NCBI GenBank assembly: GCA_019637795.1
Contig: JAHBUY010000007.1
Span: 150,286-214,285 of the forward strand
Origin: a bacterium
GTDB taxonomy: Bacteria > Desulfobacterota > Binatia > HRBIN30 > CADEER01
Direction: 5' to 3'
Length of the DNA: 64,000 nt
Positions 10,513-18,527 of this stretch are shown in pieces. Every line of letters begins with the position of its first letter. Positions within the stretch are counted from its first letter, which is position 1. Below the pieces are notes generated by a model that was given only the letters and a program-made list of their open reading frames with translations, had not been told where the DNA came from and did not search any database. The position numbers and the translations under genes were made by a program.

Positions 10513-10647
10513 CTACTTGCCGCTGGTTGCGCTCTGCGCGTCGCTGTCTGCCTTGCCGTCGCAGGCGAGCACCGGCGCCGCGAGCACCGTCGCGACGAAC
10601 GCGCAGGCGAGTGCAGCCATCACCAGGCGGCGTATGGAATGACGCAT
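10513..10647 (-). CDS. 44-aa secreted-type small protein
   Basis: AAGGAGG Shine-Dalgarno 8 nt before ATG; signal-peptide-like MRHSIRRLVMAALACAFVATVLAAPVLA followed by CDGKADSDAQSATSGK. Confidence 0.6.
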   Translation of the reverse strand: MRHSIRRLVMAALACAFVATVLAAPVLACDGKADSDAQSATSGK

Positions 10648-10863
10648 CTGTCGATCCTCCTTCGTGGCCGTATCGTACACGCATGAAGGAGTCCGGCAAC
10701 CCGGTGTCGTGGGGGTCTGTGCGGCCTGGGCTGGTCGTCCGGGACGCTGCCGTCCTCCCGTCTCCCTTCCGGACCGGGGAGCCGGCGCCATCCCATCGGC
10801 GGGCTCGCGCGCTTTGCGTCCGGGCGCGGATGTGGCAGATGCCGCTCCATGGAGAGAGGAGAC

Positions 10864-11418
10864 ATGATGCGTCGAGGGGATCACCGATCGTATGCTGCGG
10901 CACTGGTCGGCGCCGGCGCTGCCGCGTTGCTGCTCGCCGGGTGCGTGTTCCAGTCTACTTACAACAACATGCTGCAGCAGCAGGAGGCGATCGAGTCCGC
11001 GCTGCGCTCGGAGATCGCCGCCGATCAGGTCAAGATCGACCAGTTGGAGAACGGCATCCGGGTGCGGATGTCGAATGACCTGCTCTTCCGTGAGGGGGGC
11101 GTCGAGCTGAGCGAGGCGGGTGCGCGCGCCCTGGACAAGGTCGTGCCGCAGCTCAACACCAGTGCGTACATCGTGGACGTGGTCGGCAGCACCGACAACG
11201 TGCCCATCGGTCCCGGGCTGGCCGACCGCTATCCGACCAACTGGGAGCTCGCCGGCGCGCGTGCGGCAGTGGTGGTCCGTCACCTGCAGGCTGGCGGCGT
11301 CGACCCGACCGCGATGCGAGCGGTATCGGACGGCCAGTACCACCCGGTCGCCTCCAACGACACGGCGCAGGGTCGCGCCGACAACCGCAACGTCTCCCTG
11401 CTGCTGCGCCCGCGCTGA
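10864..11418 (+). CDS. OmpA/MotB-family lipoprotein
   Basis: Lipobox LLAGC; GSTDNVPI, YPTNWELA.ARA..VV, N.T..GRA.NRNV. Confidence 0.9.
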   Translation: MMRRGDHRSYAAALVGAGAAALLLAGCVFQSTYNNMLQQQEAIESALRSEIAADQVKIDQLENGIRVRMSNDLLFREGGVELSEAGARALDKVVPQLNTSAYIVDVVGSTDNVPIGPGLADRYPTNWELAGARAAVVVRHLQAGGVDPTAMRAVSDGQYHPVASNDTAQGRADNRNVSLLLRPR

Positions 11419-11556
11419 TCGCACCGCGCGGGCGACTCGAGGATCGCGCGTTCCTCGTGCAACGCGACCTCGATGCCGCCGGTGAGGTTCTTCACCCTGG
11501 TCGGGTCGGCATGGACAGCCAGAGAGCCTTCCGGTAAGTCGGGCGAGTCAGCGTGA

Positions 11557-11630
11557 GCCCCCGTAGCTCAGGTGGATAGAGCACAGGATTCCTAATCCTG
11601 GGGTCAGGCGTTCGAGGCGCCTCGGGGGTA
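11557..11630 (+). tRNA. tRNA-Arg(CCT), chimeric at attL (3' half apparently element-derived)
   Basis: Cloverleaf: acceptor GCCCCCG/CGGGGGT, anticodon stem CAGGA/TCCTG with loop TTCCTAA, T-arm AGGCG-TTCGAGG-CGCCT. Confidence 0.9.
11588..11603 (+). repeat. attL core
   Basis: ATTCCTAATCCTGGGG, identical to 23995-24010; spans the anticodon loop. Confidence 0.92.
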
Positions 11631-11670
11631 CGTAAAATCAGCAACTTGCGCCGGCGGCACCCGCGAAATT

Positions 11671-11688
11671 GTTTCCATCTGTTTCCAC
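11671..11688 (+). promoter_or_regulatory. Putative integrase arm-type sites (attL side)
   Basis: GTTTCCATCT GTTTCCAC tandem; related tandem GTTTCCATC at 23874-23893 near attR. Confidence 0.65.
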
Positions 11689-11711
11689 GGGTGCCGCCGG
11701 GTCGCAAGGTC

Positions 11712-12875
11712 TCAGCCTTTGGCCGCGTCGGCGGCGATGCCGTCGAGGCTCGCCAGCGCCGACGGATCGTGCTCGGCGCGCAGCCAGTGCGCGTAGACGC
11801 GACGGGTGACAGAACTGTCCTTGTGGCCACAGAGCGCCGCCACCTCCGTGTCCGCCCGGCCCGCCATGAGCAGCGTCGACGCGAAGGTGTGCCGCAGGGA
11901 GTGCAGCCGCACGCGCTTCACGCCGGCGGCATCGCAGGCCGGGTGCAGCGCCTTGTGGGCAAGCGTGCTGCGATGCACGGGCGTCCCCTCGCTTGACGGG
12001 AACACCCATCCGTCCGCGGTCGGCGGACATGCCAGCTTCCAGCGCCGCAGGGCGGCGACCAATTCGGGGCGGAGCGGGATGCGGCGCTTGCCGGCGCTCG
12101 TCTTGGGCGGCTTGTAGGTCGGCCCGCTGGCCGGCTCGTCGCGCCGATGGGCCCACGTGACGCTGCGCGCGATCCGCACCTCGCCCTTGGTCAAGTCGAT
12201 GTCATCCCAGATGAGCGAGGTCAGCTCCCCTACCCGCCCGCCGGTCAGCACCGCCATGTGCAGGAAGGTCTGGTACATGCCCGGCGTCGCCTGTGCGATG
12301 ACGGTGCGCGCCTGCTCGGCGGACAGCACTGTGGTCGGGTCCACCGCGCCGTCCTCCAACTCGGCTGCCAGCTCGGCGAGCGCCTTGACGGACTTCGCCG
12401 CGACCACGCGCCGGCAGCGCGGCACGACGTCCACCGGGTTGCGGTCGATGTACTCGTGGCGGACGGCATAGTTGAACACGTCGGCTGCGGTGGTCAGGAA
12501 CTTGTTGACCGTCTGCGGCGCCAGCTTCGCCGCCAGCCGATTGCGGCAGAAGGCTTCCAGGTGCCGCACGCGGATCTGGTCGATGCGGTGCTCGCCGAGG
12601 ATCGGCACAAGGTGCAGGTCGAGGTGAACTTGGTAGCCGGCGATGGTCGCCACGCTCACGCGCTCGGCCCGCTCAGCCAGCCAGTCCGCCGCCACTGCCT
12701 TGAAGGTCGGCAGTTGGTCAGGCGCTAAGAAGGTGCCCTTCTGAAGCTGGCTCGTCACCTGCGCCAGGTAGGCGTAGGCAGCCGGCTCATCGGCGCACGG
12801 CTTGATGAAGCGCCGGCCGGTGTCGTCGCGCCAGTCGGCGCACCACTTGCCGCGAACCTGTCGGACCGTTGCCAT
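11712..12875 (-). CDS. int: Tyrosine recombinase/integrase
   Basis: N-terminal arm-binding-like RGKWCADWRD; catalytic set GGRVGEL (R), PPKT (K), HSLRHT (HxxR), GHKD (H), VYAH (Y); AAGGAGG SD. Confidence 0.95.
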   Translation of the reverse strand: MATVRQVRGKWCADWRDDTGRRFIKPCADEPAAYAYLAQVTSQLQKGTFLAPDQLPTFKAVAADWLAERAERVSVATIAGYQVHLDLHLVPILGEHRIDQIRVRHLEAFCRNRLAAKLAPQTVNKFLTTAADVFNYAVRHEYIDRNPVDVVPRCRRVVAAKSVKALAELAAELEDGAVDPTTVLSAEQARTVIAQATPGMYQTFLHMAVLTGGRVGELTSLIWDDIDLTKGEVRIARSVTWAHRRDEPASGPTYKPPKTSAGKRRIPLRPELVAALRRWKLACPPTADGWVFPSSEGTPVHRSTLAHKALHPACDAAGVKRVRLHSLRHTFASTLLMAGRADTEVAALCGHKDSSVTRRVYAHWLRAEHDPSALASLDGIAADAAKG

Positions 12876-12894
12876 GCTCTCCCCTCCTTTGGTG

Positions 12895-13401
12895 TTACCG
12901 TCGCTTGAGCGACTGCATCAGCTCGTTGATGTCGCTCATGACTTCCGCGTGCGCTGGATTGAGGTCCGGGTGGTACTTCTTGGCGAGGCGGCGGTACACC
13001 TCACTGTCGACGCTGGGCGTCTGTCCGCGCCCGCCGAACATCTCGAACAACCGTTCCCGGTTCATGCGATTGGCGCGCTTCTCCATGCGGGCGAGGCGCA
13101 GGTCGAATTGTAGTTGTTTGACCTTTTCGCGGGCGGCGTCGCGCGCGCCCGCGATGGTCTCGACTCGGCGATGCAGAGCACGGATCTCGTCCAGGCGCCG
13201 CTCGAGCTGCGCCCGGAGGGACGCCAGCTCTGCCGCGACGCGCTCCTCGCGGTCGAGAAACTGCGTCAACCACGCCGGCATGGCGAGTACGCCCCGTTCC
13301 CATCGAGCTACCGTATTGGCGGCGACGCCTAGCTCCGCCGCAAGGGCAACCTGGGTTAACGCGCGGCGATGGCGATACTCTCGAAGGGCAGACGGCGTCA
13401 T
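12895..13401 (-). CDS. XRE HTH regulator fused to coiled coil and C-terminal J-domain-like segment
   Basis: LREYRHRRALTQVALAAELGVAANTVARWERG (XRE); C-terminus YRRLAKKYHPDLNP...EVMSDINE (helix II-HPD-helix III). Confidence 0.8.
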   Translation of the reverse strand: MTPSALREYRHRRALTQVALAAELGVAANTVARWERGVLAMPAWLTQFLDREERVAAELASLRAQLERRLDEIRALHRRVETIAGARDAAREKVKQLQFDLRLARMEKRANRMNRERLFEMFGGRGQTPSVDSEVYRRLAKKYHPDLNPAHAEVMSDINELMQSLKRR

Positions 13402-13454
13402 ACGATGGTCGGCTATACCATACGTATGGCGGCGCCGTCTATACCTATCGTATG
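13399..13454. promoter_or_regulatory. AT-richer operator-like cluster upstream of the XRE gene
   Basis: Perfect palindrome CCATACGTATGG (13418-13429), flanking inverted CATACGAT/ATCGTATG, direct repeat CTATACC x2. Confidence 0.55.
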
Positions 13455-13736
13455 CGTGGTGCTGAGCCGGTACACCGTCACCGCCCCCAGCTCCGCCCCG
13501 CAGAGCGCGCAGCCCGCGTCGAGGTCGCCGGGTAGCGGCGCCCCCGGCCGCTCCTGCATGTAGCGGCAGCGCGGCTGCGAGCAGGTGACGCGCGTCCACA
13601 GACTCGCTGCGGCGCAGCGATCCGGCGCAGCCATTGCCGGCCGGGCCGGCGGGTGCGATGCGCCCGCCATGGACTGGACGTATCTGGCGATGGGCGCGGG
13701 CATGATCCTGCTCATGCTGCTGCTGACCTCGCTCAT
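13413..13736 (-). CDS. Hypothetical protein with Cys pairs (possible Zn ribbon)
   Basis: Starts at an ATGA overlap with the upstream ORF; C....C and CALC motifs; competes with an antisense peptide ORF. Confidence 0.4.
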   Translation of the reverse strand: MSEVSSSMSRIMPAPIARYVQSMAGASHPPARPAMAAPDRCAAASLWTRVTCSQPRCRYMQERPGAPLPGDLDAGCALCGAELGAVTVYRLSTTHTIGIDGAAIRMV

Positions 13737-13743
13737 CGACTAG
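13669..13743 (+). CDS. 24-aa hydrophobic peptide (possible type I toxin-like)
   Basis: MDWTYLAMGAGMILLMLLLTSLID*, a single TM-length helix; no clear SD. Confidence 0.35.
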   Translation: MDWTYLAMGAGMILLMLLLTSLID

Positions 13744-13867
13744 CCCACCACCGCACCCGACACCGCGGGCACCGCCCCGGCACCTCCCGCGGCGCGTAGA
13801 GCAGCACCAGGCCGCAGGCGCACGTCACGCGGACGCCGCCAGGGACGAGACGGACGGTGGCCGTCAT
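13733..13867 (-). CDS. 44-aa Zn-ribbon-like protein
   Basis: MTATVRLVPGGVRVTCACGLVLLYAPREVPGRCPRCRVRWWASR; ATGA overlaps at both ends. Confidence 0.55.
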   Translation of the reverse strand: MTATVRLVPGGVRVTCACGLVLLYAPREVPGRCPRCRVRWWASR

Positions 13868-13980
13868 GGCTGCCGGCCCCGGAGGGGCGGACGCCGAGTA
13901 GCCTGCATCACCGGCCGATCACGCGCGACGGCCGTGAGCCCACGCAGGCACCGCCGCGCAACCGCCTCCCGCATCATCAC
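13864..13980 (-). CDS. Small basic hypothetical protein (~38 aa)
   Basis: GTGA overlap with the upstream stop and ATGA overlap with the downstream start. Confidence 0.4.
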   Translation of the reverse strand: MMMREAVARRCLRGLTAVARDRPVMQATRRPPLRGRQP

Positions 13981-14882
13981 GCCGCCGGCACCGCCGCCGT
14001 AGGCTCCGGCTGCGGCGCGCGCTCCAGCTCCTCGCGCGCCCGCACGGCGGCCTCGCGCCGGCGCTGCGCGCGACGCTCCAGCCGCTCCTGCGCGTGGCGG
14101 ATGCCGCTGCCCGGCCCCTCGGCCTCCAGCGCCGGCCCGCTCGGCTTCTCGGCGGTGGTCACGGCGCCGACGTCGTCGACGTCGCCGGTCGCCATCTGGC
14201 CATAGACCTGGCGGATGGTCTCGGCGTCGGCGGCGATGGCGTCGAGCACCTCGAGCACCTCCGCCTGGTCGGCCGGCAGCGGCGTGGCCGTGATCGCCTC
14301 GTGGACGCGCCGACGCACGGGTGCGTACGCCTTGCCGGCGCGGCCGTCGAGCTCGTCGGCCAGCACGCCAAGCAGCCACAGGTTGCGGTCGGCCGCGGCC
14401 TGCTCGACGAGGTGCGTAAGCGTCCGCGCGCTCGCCCGCGACACGCGCTGCAAGGCGGTGAACTGCGTCAGCGTGTTCGCCAGCTCGGCCGCCTGCTGGC
14501 GCTGCTCATGGTGCTGCCGCGCCGCATCGACCTGGAAGTCGGCGAGCCCGTCAACCAACTCGTGCCGGTTGAACGGCTTGACCGCCGGGACCGGGCGAGC
14601 GCGGAGCGCCGCCAGGTACGGGTCGGACAGCGCGGCCCGCTCGGCCTGCAGCGCCTGCGCCCGACTGAGCGCGGCGTCCGCCAGCGGCCGCGCCCGCCTC
14701 ACGGCGTCGCGGCGCGCCTGCGCCTTGCGCCCGGCGCGGTAGTCCGCCTGGTAGGCCGCGACGATGTCGGGGGCATCCATCGCGGCCCGCTCGATCTGCA
14801 ACGCATCCCGCGCGGCGATCATGGCGGTGCGCGTCGTGGCGATCTCGGCCGCGGCCTGCTGGAGTGCTCGGCGATCGATCAT
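13977..14882 (-). CDS. All-helical hypothetical protein (~301 aa)
   Basis: Ala/Arg/Gln-rich helices; ATGA overlap with the upstream ORF fixes the start. Confidence 0.75.
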   Translation of the reverse strand: MIDRRALQQAAAEIATTRTAMIAARDALQIERAAMDAPDIVAAYQADYRAGRKAQARRDAVRRARPLADAALSRAQALQAERAALSDPYLAALRARPVPAVKPFNRHELVDGLADFQVDAARQHHEQRQQAAELANTLTQFTALQRVSRASARTLTHLVEQAAADRNLWLLGVLADELDGRAGKAYAPVRRRVHEAITATPLPADQAEVLEVLDAIAADAETIRQVYGQMATGDVDDVGAVTTAEKPSGPALEAEGPGSGIRHAQERLERRAQRRREAAVRAREELERAPQPEPTAAVPAA

Positions 14883-15115
14883 CGGGCACCCCACTTCCCC
14901 GCCGCACTGCCGCGGGGGCCGAGCCGGCCGTCGACCACGTCGACGGCGCCGCGCCCCGGCGGCGGCGGACTCACGCGCGTCTGCGCGGCGACGGCATCGG
15001 TGCGCTGCGCCCGCGGCCGCACAAGCGCGGCGGCCTCAGCCGGCGTGAAGCCCGGCGATCGCCGCGCCCCACTGCGACGCGCGGCGGCGATGGCGTTGGT
15101 AATCGTGTTCTTCAT
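14879..15115 (-). CDS. Hypothetical protein (78 aa)
   Basis: GGAGG SD then MKNTITNAIAAARR... Confidence 0.6.
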   Translation of the reverse strand: MKNTITNAIAAARRSGARRSPGFTPAEAAALVRPRAQRTDAVAAQTRVSPPPPGRGAVDVVDGRLGPRGSAAGKWGAR

Positions 15116-15173
15116 CTCGAATCCTCCGGTAGTGGCTCGCGTCTCGGCGCCCGCGAGCGATGGCGCATGAAGG

Positions 15174-16604
15174 TCAGCCCCAGAGCACGCGGGAGATACT
15201 GCCGGTGGCGCGGCCACCGTGCGCGATGGCGAGCGCCACCACGTTGGCGACGTCGTCATGGCCGCCCCGCGGATGGTCGACGGAATCGCGGCCGGTGCGT
15301 GACGTGGTGCGCCGCTGGAGCAAACTGAACTGCCGCATCATCCGGTCGGCAGTCACCGAGCGCGCCGGGTCCGGCAACGAGACCCGCCCACCGACCAGCC
15401 ACGGCAACGCGAGTACGTATGCCTCCGAGCGCGTGTGCAGCGTCGGCATCACGCCGAGCCCGACGCGACGCAGCGCATCAACGAGGAACTCTGATGCGTA
15501 CCGGTCCGACCACACGACGCCGACGCCATACGGCCGCAGGAAGTCGCGCAGGCGCTCGACCGCCGCCGCCACCTGAAACGGGGGGCGAGTCTCGAGCAGG
15601 TCGTCGACCACGATCAGCGGCGCCCCATGGCGCGTCTCGCGATGGTAGACGCAGGCCGTGAACGAATCGCCCGCCTGGGTGCCGGACGCGGCGTCGATGG
15701 CCGCGGCGTAGGCGTGCCCCATCGGCGGCCGGCGCACCCGGTCCTGCTCGACGCAGCCCTCGAGCTCGGTCCAGCCAATCAGCCCCTCGATGTCGGCCCG
15801 GAACTCCGCATCCCACTCCGCCCGCGCCGCCGCGGGATCATCGGCGTGCGCCTCGTCGATCACCGTCTGCGCGATCGTCGGGTTCATGCGGCGGGTCGGC
15901 GCCTGCCACGTCAGCACCGGCGAGCCGTCGACGCCGTGGTGGGCGCGATACCAGTCCCAGAGCACCCCACGCCGCGCATACGGCGAGGAGATGCACAGCA
16001 GCAGCGAGCCCGGCACACGCGCCAGCCCCGGCGTCACCGCGCGCACCAGCTCGGCGTCCGGGTTGGCGGCGTCGTCCGTCGGCAAGAACGCGCACTCATC
16101 GATCACCGCGCCGGCCAGCGAATAACCGCGGGTCGAGCGGAAGGACGCGGTGTGAATCTCGATGACACAGCCCGTCGAGAGCGTCAGGCTCTCGCTGGTC
16201 TCGGCGGTGACCAGCCGGTCGAGCATGGGCGATGCGCGCAGGAGCCCGCGCACGTAGCGGAACGCCACCCGCGCCTGGCGGCGGTCGGGACACAAGAGCA
16301 TCGCCGTCGCCAGCTCCCCCGGCCCGAGCACGGGGCGGAAGTCGCGCGAGCAGGCGAGATAGACGATCAGGAACGCGGCGAGCAGCGTCTTGCCCGAGCC
16401 GCGGCCGGCGATCACCATCGCCCGCGATGCCGGCACGGTCGGCGCCGCCGAGCGCCCCGAGCAGGCGCGGTAGATCGCCAGCGCCTCGGCATCGAGCGGC
16501 AACCCGTAGATCGCCGCCACCAACGCCCGAGCAGCAGCGAACGATGGGCCGCCGAAGGTCCGCCCGCACAGGTGCGGGTCGGTCATCCAGTCGAGCGGCG
16601 TCAC
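15174..16604 (-). CDS. terL: Terminase large subunit-like protein
   Basis: Walker A VIAGRGSGKT, Walker B AVIDECAF, ISSP coupling motif, RNase H-like AAIDAASG and HDDVAN. Confidence 0.85.
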   Translation of the reverse strand: MTPLDWMTDPHLCGRTFGGPSFAAARALVAAIYGLPLDAEALAIYRACSGRSAAPTVPASRAMVIAGRGSGKTLLAAFLIVYLACSRDFRPVLGPGELATAMLLCPDRRQARVAFRYVRGLLRASPMLDRLVTAETSESLTLSTGCVIEIHTASFRSTRGYSLAGAVIDECAFLPTDDAANPDAELVRAVTPGLARVPGSLLLCISSPYARRGVLWDWYRAHHGVDGSPVLTWQAPTRRMNPTIAQTVIDEAHADDPAAARAEWDAEFRADIEGLIGWTELEGCVEQDRVRRPPMGHAYAAAIDAASGTQAGDSFTACVYHRETRHGAPLIVVDDLLETRPPFQVAAAVERLRDFLRPYGVGVVWSDRYASEFLVDALRRVGLGVMPTLHTRSEAYVLALPWLVGGRVSLPDPARSVTADRMMRQFSLLQRRTTSRTGRDSVDHPRGGHDDVANVVALAIAHGGRATGSISRVLWG

Positions 16605-16789
16605 GCGGCAGGCCTCCCGCAGGTCGGGCACCGCCACCGCTCGAGCGCCCGATCGAGCGCCCGATCGTCGTCGCGGTCGACGATCACACGGGGATGCCCA
16701 TCGACGCCGCACCACACACCAGCGCGGGCACGCCAGATGCCAGCAGCGGGCGGCACGTCCCGGCAGGGCGGCGCGTCGTGCCAGCTCAT
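16601..16789 (-). CDS. Small hypothetical protein with CPTC motif
   Basis: 62 aa; 4-nt overlaps on both sides. Confidence 0.55.
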   Translation of the reverse strand: MSWHDAPPCRDVPPAAGIWRARAGVWCGVDGHPRVIVDRDDDRALDRALERWRCPTCGRPAA

Positions 16790-17061
16790 GCGCCGTCCTC
16801 GCCAATCGGCGGCACCGGCACGGGGAACACGCCGGCGATCTCCTCGGCGCCGTCGATGTCGACGTAAACCACCGTGACGTGCGACGGCGGCGGGTCGGCG
16901 GGAATGAAGGAGTCGAGGTCGGCGTCGGCGTCGCCAGCCAGCTCGAGGGCGCGCTGCGCCGCCTCGCGCCGGGCGCGCACCTGTGCGGCGATGGCGGCGC
17001 CGAGCGCCTGCGCGGCGTGGCGGTCGGCGGCGGAGGACCAGCGGCGGTGATCGCGGGTCAT
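16786..17061 (-). CDS. Hypothetical protein (91 aa)
   Basis: 4-nt overlaps on both sides. Confidence 0.6.
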   Translation of the reverse strand: MTRDHRRWSSAADRHAAQALGAAIAAQVRARREAAQRALELAGDADADLDSFIPADPPPSHVTVVYVDIDGAEEIAGVFPVPVPPIGEDGA

Positions 17062-17495
17062 CGGATGTCCTCGCCCGCCTGCGGCGATCCTGGGGCCGGG
17101 AAGTCGCTCTGAGTGTTGGCCGCCGCGCGGTGGCGCGCGAGGGCGGCGGTGCCGGCCGCAACCAACGCGGCCCGGTGCTCCTCGCTCAGTCGCCGGCGCC
17201 GGTACGGCCGCAGGATCGCCAGCACGGCGTCGAGGTGGTCGACGTGAAAGACGACGCGCACCTCAGCGTCGCCCAGCGCCCGCTCGACGAACGGCAGCGC
17301 CCGCAGATGCACCCCGATGCGCGGCCGGTCGGTCCACGCGAACAGCCGCTCGCCGCCCTGGGCGCCGACGTAGCCATGCCGGCAGGCGATGCGAGCGAGC
17401 CAGGGGCGGTCAGCGACGGGCCAGTCGGCGGCCTGCGGCTCGAAGACGATGCGGTAGCGGCGGCTATACCGGGCGGATAGGTCGATGCAGGTCAT
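17058..17495 (-). CDS. Hypothetical phage-type protein (145 aa)
   Basis: Globular composition; 4-nt overlaps on both sides. Confidence 0.7.
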   Translation of the reverse strand: MTCIDLSARYSRRYRIVFEPQAADWPVADRPWLARIACRHGYVGAQGGERLFAWTDRPRIGVHLRALPFVERALGDAEVRVVFHVDHLDAVLAILRPYRRRRLSEEHRAALVAAGTAALARHRAAANTQSDFPAPGSPQAGEDIR

Positions 17496-18010
17496 GCGGG
17501 ATCGTCTCCTGTGGTGTCGGCGGACACCTCGGCGTCGACCACGGCCGCCTCGGCCGGCGGCGCCGCCTCGGCCGGCGCGGCAGCGGTCGTGGCGCGGTCG
17601 CGCAGGTAGGCGTCGAGCGACGGCAGGTCGGCAGCGCGGTCCGGGCGCAGGCCGAGCGCCTGCAGCATCCGCGAAAGCGACTGAACGTGCGTCACGTAGC
17701 CGCGGCGCAAGATCGGCAGCAGCTCGCCAGCCGCGTCAACCAGGCGGTCGGCCTGGAACACATGCCCCTCGATGGTCGAGCAGATGAGCGCCGCCGCGGC
17801 GCAGCGGTCGACCAGCAAGCGCTCACGCGCTGTCAGCCGGTCGTAGCCGCCGGCATCGGCGGCGAGGTCCTGGCGCAGCTCGGCGAGCGCCCGAGCAATC
17901 CAGGTCCGCTGGTCGAGACTGCCGGCGGCGAGGTGGCGGGCGAGCGAGCGGGCGCCGTGTTTCGGCGGCGTGCCGGCGCGTCGGCGCATAGGCACCGGGC
18001 GGCTAGCCAT
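17492..18010 (-). CDS. Terminase small subunit-like protein
   Basis: N-terminal KHG and C-terminal LGL.P motif typical of P27-like TerS; upstream of terL in the same operon. Confidence 0.55.
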   Translation of the reverse strand: MASRPVPMRRRAGTPPKHGARSLARHLAAGSLDQRTWIARALAELRQDLAADAGGYDRLTARERLLVDRCAAAALICSTIEGHVFQADRLVDAAGELLPILRRGYVTHVQSLSRMLQALGLRPDRAADLPSLDAYLRDRATTAAAPAEAAPPAEAAVVDAEVSADTTGDDPA

Positions 18011-18431
18011 GGCGGATCACCGCCTGAAATCCCGTACCCCTGCCCAGCGTCTCGGTGGAAACAGATGGAAACGGACCCGCGCCGTTGCTGGATTTTTCGG
18101 CGGTCGCAGGACTGCCCATCCTGTGGTCCGCCTCGAGCGCTGCGCGCACGGCGCCGCGATCGAAGCGCCAGTACTTGCCGCAGCGCCGCGCCGGCAGCCG
18201 ACCAGCACGCGCCTGCGCGCGGAACCACGTCACCGGCAAGTGGAACTCGGCGGCCAGCTCATCGGCGGTCGCGAAGGCGGTGCGCGATGGCGGCACATCG
18301 GCTGGCGCGGTCATCGCCGCGACCAACTGCACCTGCGCGCCGGCGAGGGCAGCCACGGCGGCGGCCCGATCGGTCGCGGACAGCTCGGCGCAGGCACGAT
18401 CCAGCGTCCGGCGCAGCTCCTCGAGCGTCAT
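18003..18431 (-). CDS. Excisionase-like (HTH_17/MerR-type) DNA-binding protein
   Basis: FATADELAAEFHLPVTWFRAQARAGRLPARRCGKYWRFDRGAV winged-helix Xis signature. Confidence 0.75.
   Translation of the reverse strand: MTLEELRRTLDRACAELSATDRAAAVAALAGAQVQLVAAMTAPADVPPSRTAFATADELAAEFHLPVTWFRAQARAGRLPARRCGKYWRFDRGAVRAALEADHRMGSPATAEKSSNGAGPFPSVSTETLGRGTGFQAVIRHG
18055..18072 (-). repeat. Internal inverted exact copy of the attL arm-type 18-mer
   Basis: GTGGAAACAGATGGAAAC is the reverse complement of 11671-11688. Confidence 0.85.
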
Positions 18432-18527
18432 CGGCGGCCCCGGGGCGCAATCTGTGAAGCATTGCCGGCGGCGGAGGTGCCGGTCGCGGGGGGAATCATC
18501 ATGCCCCATCCCCTACAGCCGACCCCA

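Noticed and set aside
10648-10863. Possible riboswitch in the divergent intergenic region
   Set aside because: No recognisable aptamer core motifs.
16641-16664. 12-bp tandem repeat TCGAGCGCCCGA x2
   Set aside because: In-frame duplication encoding DRAL-DRAL; only two copies, with no spacer structure.
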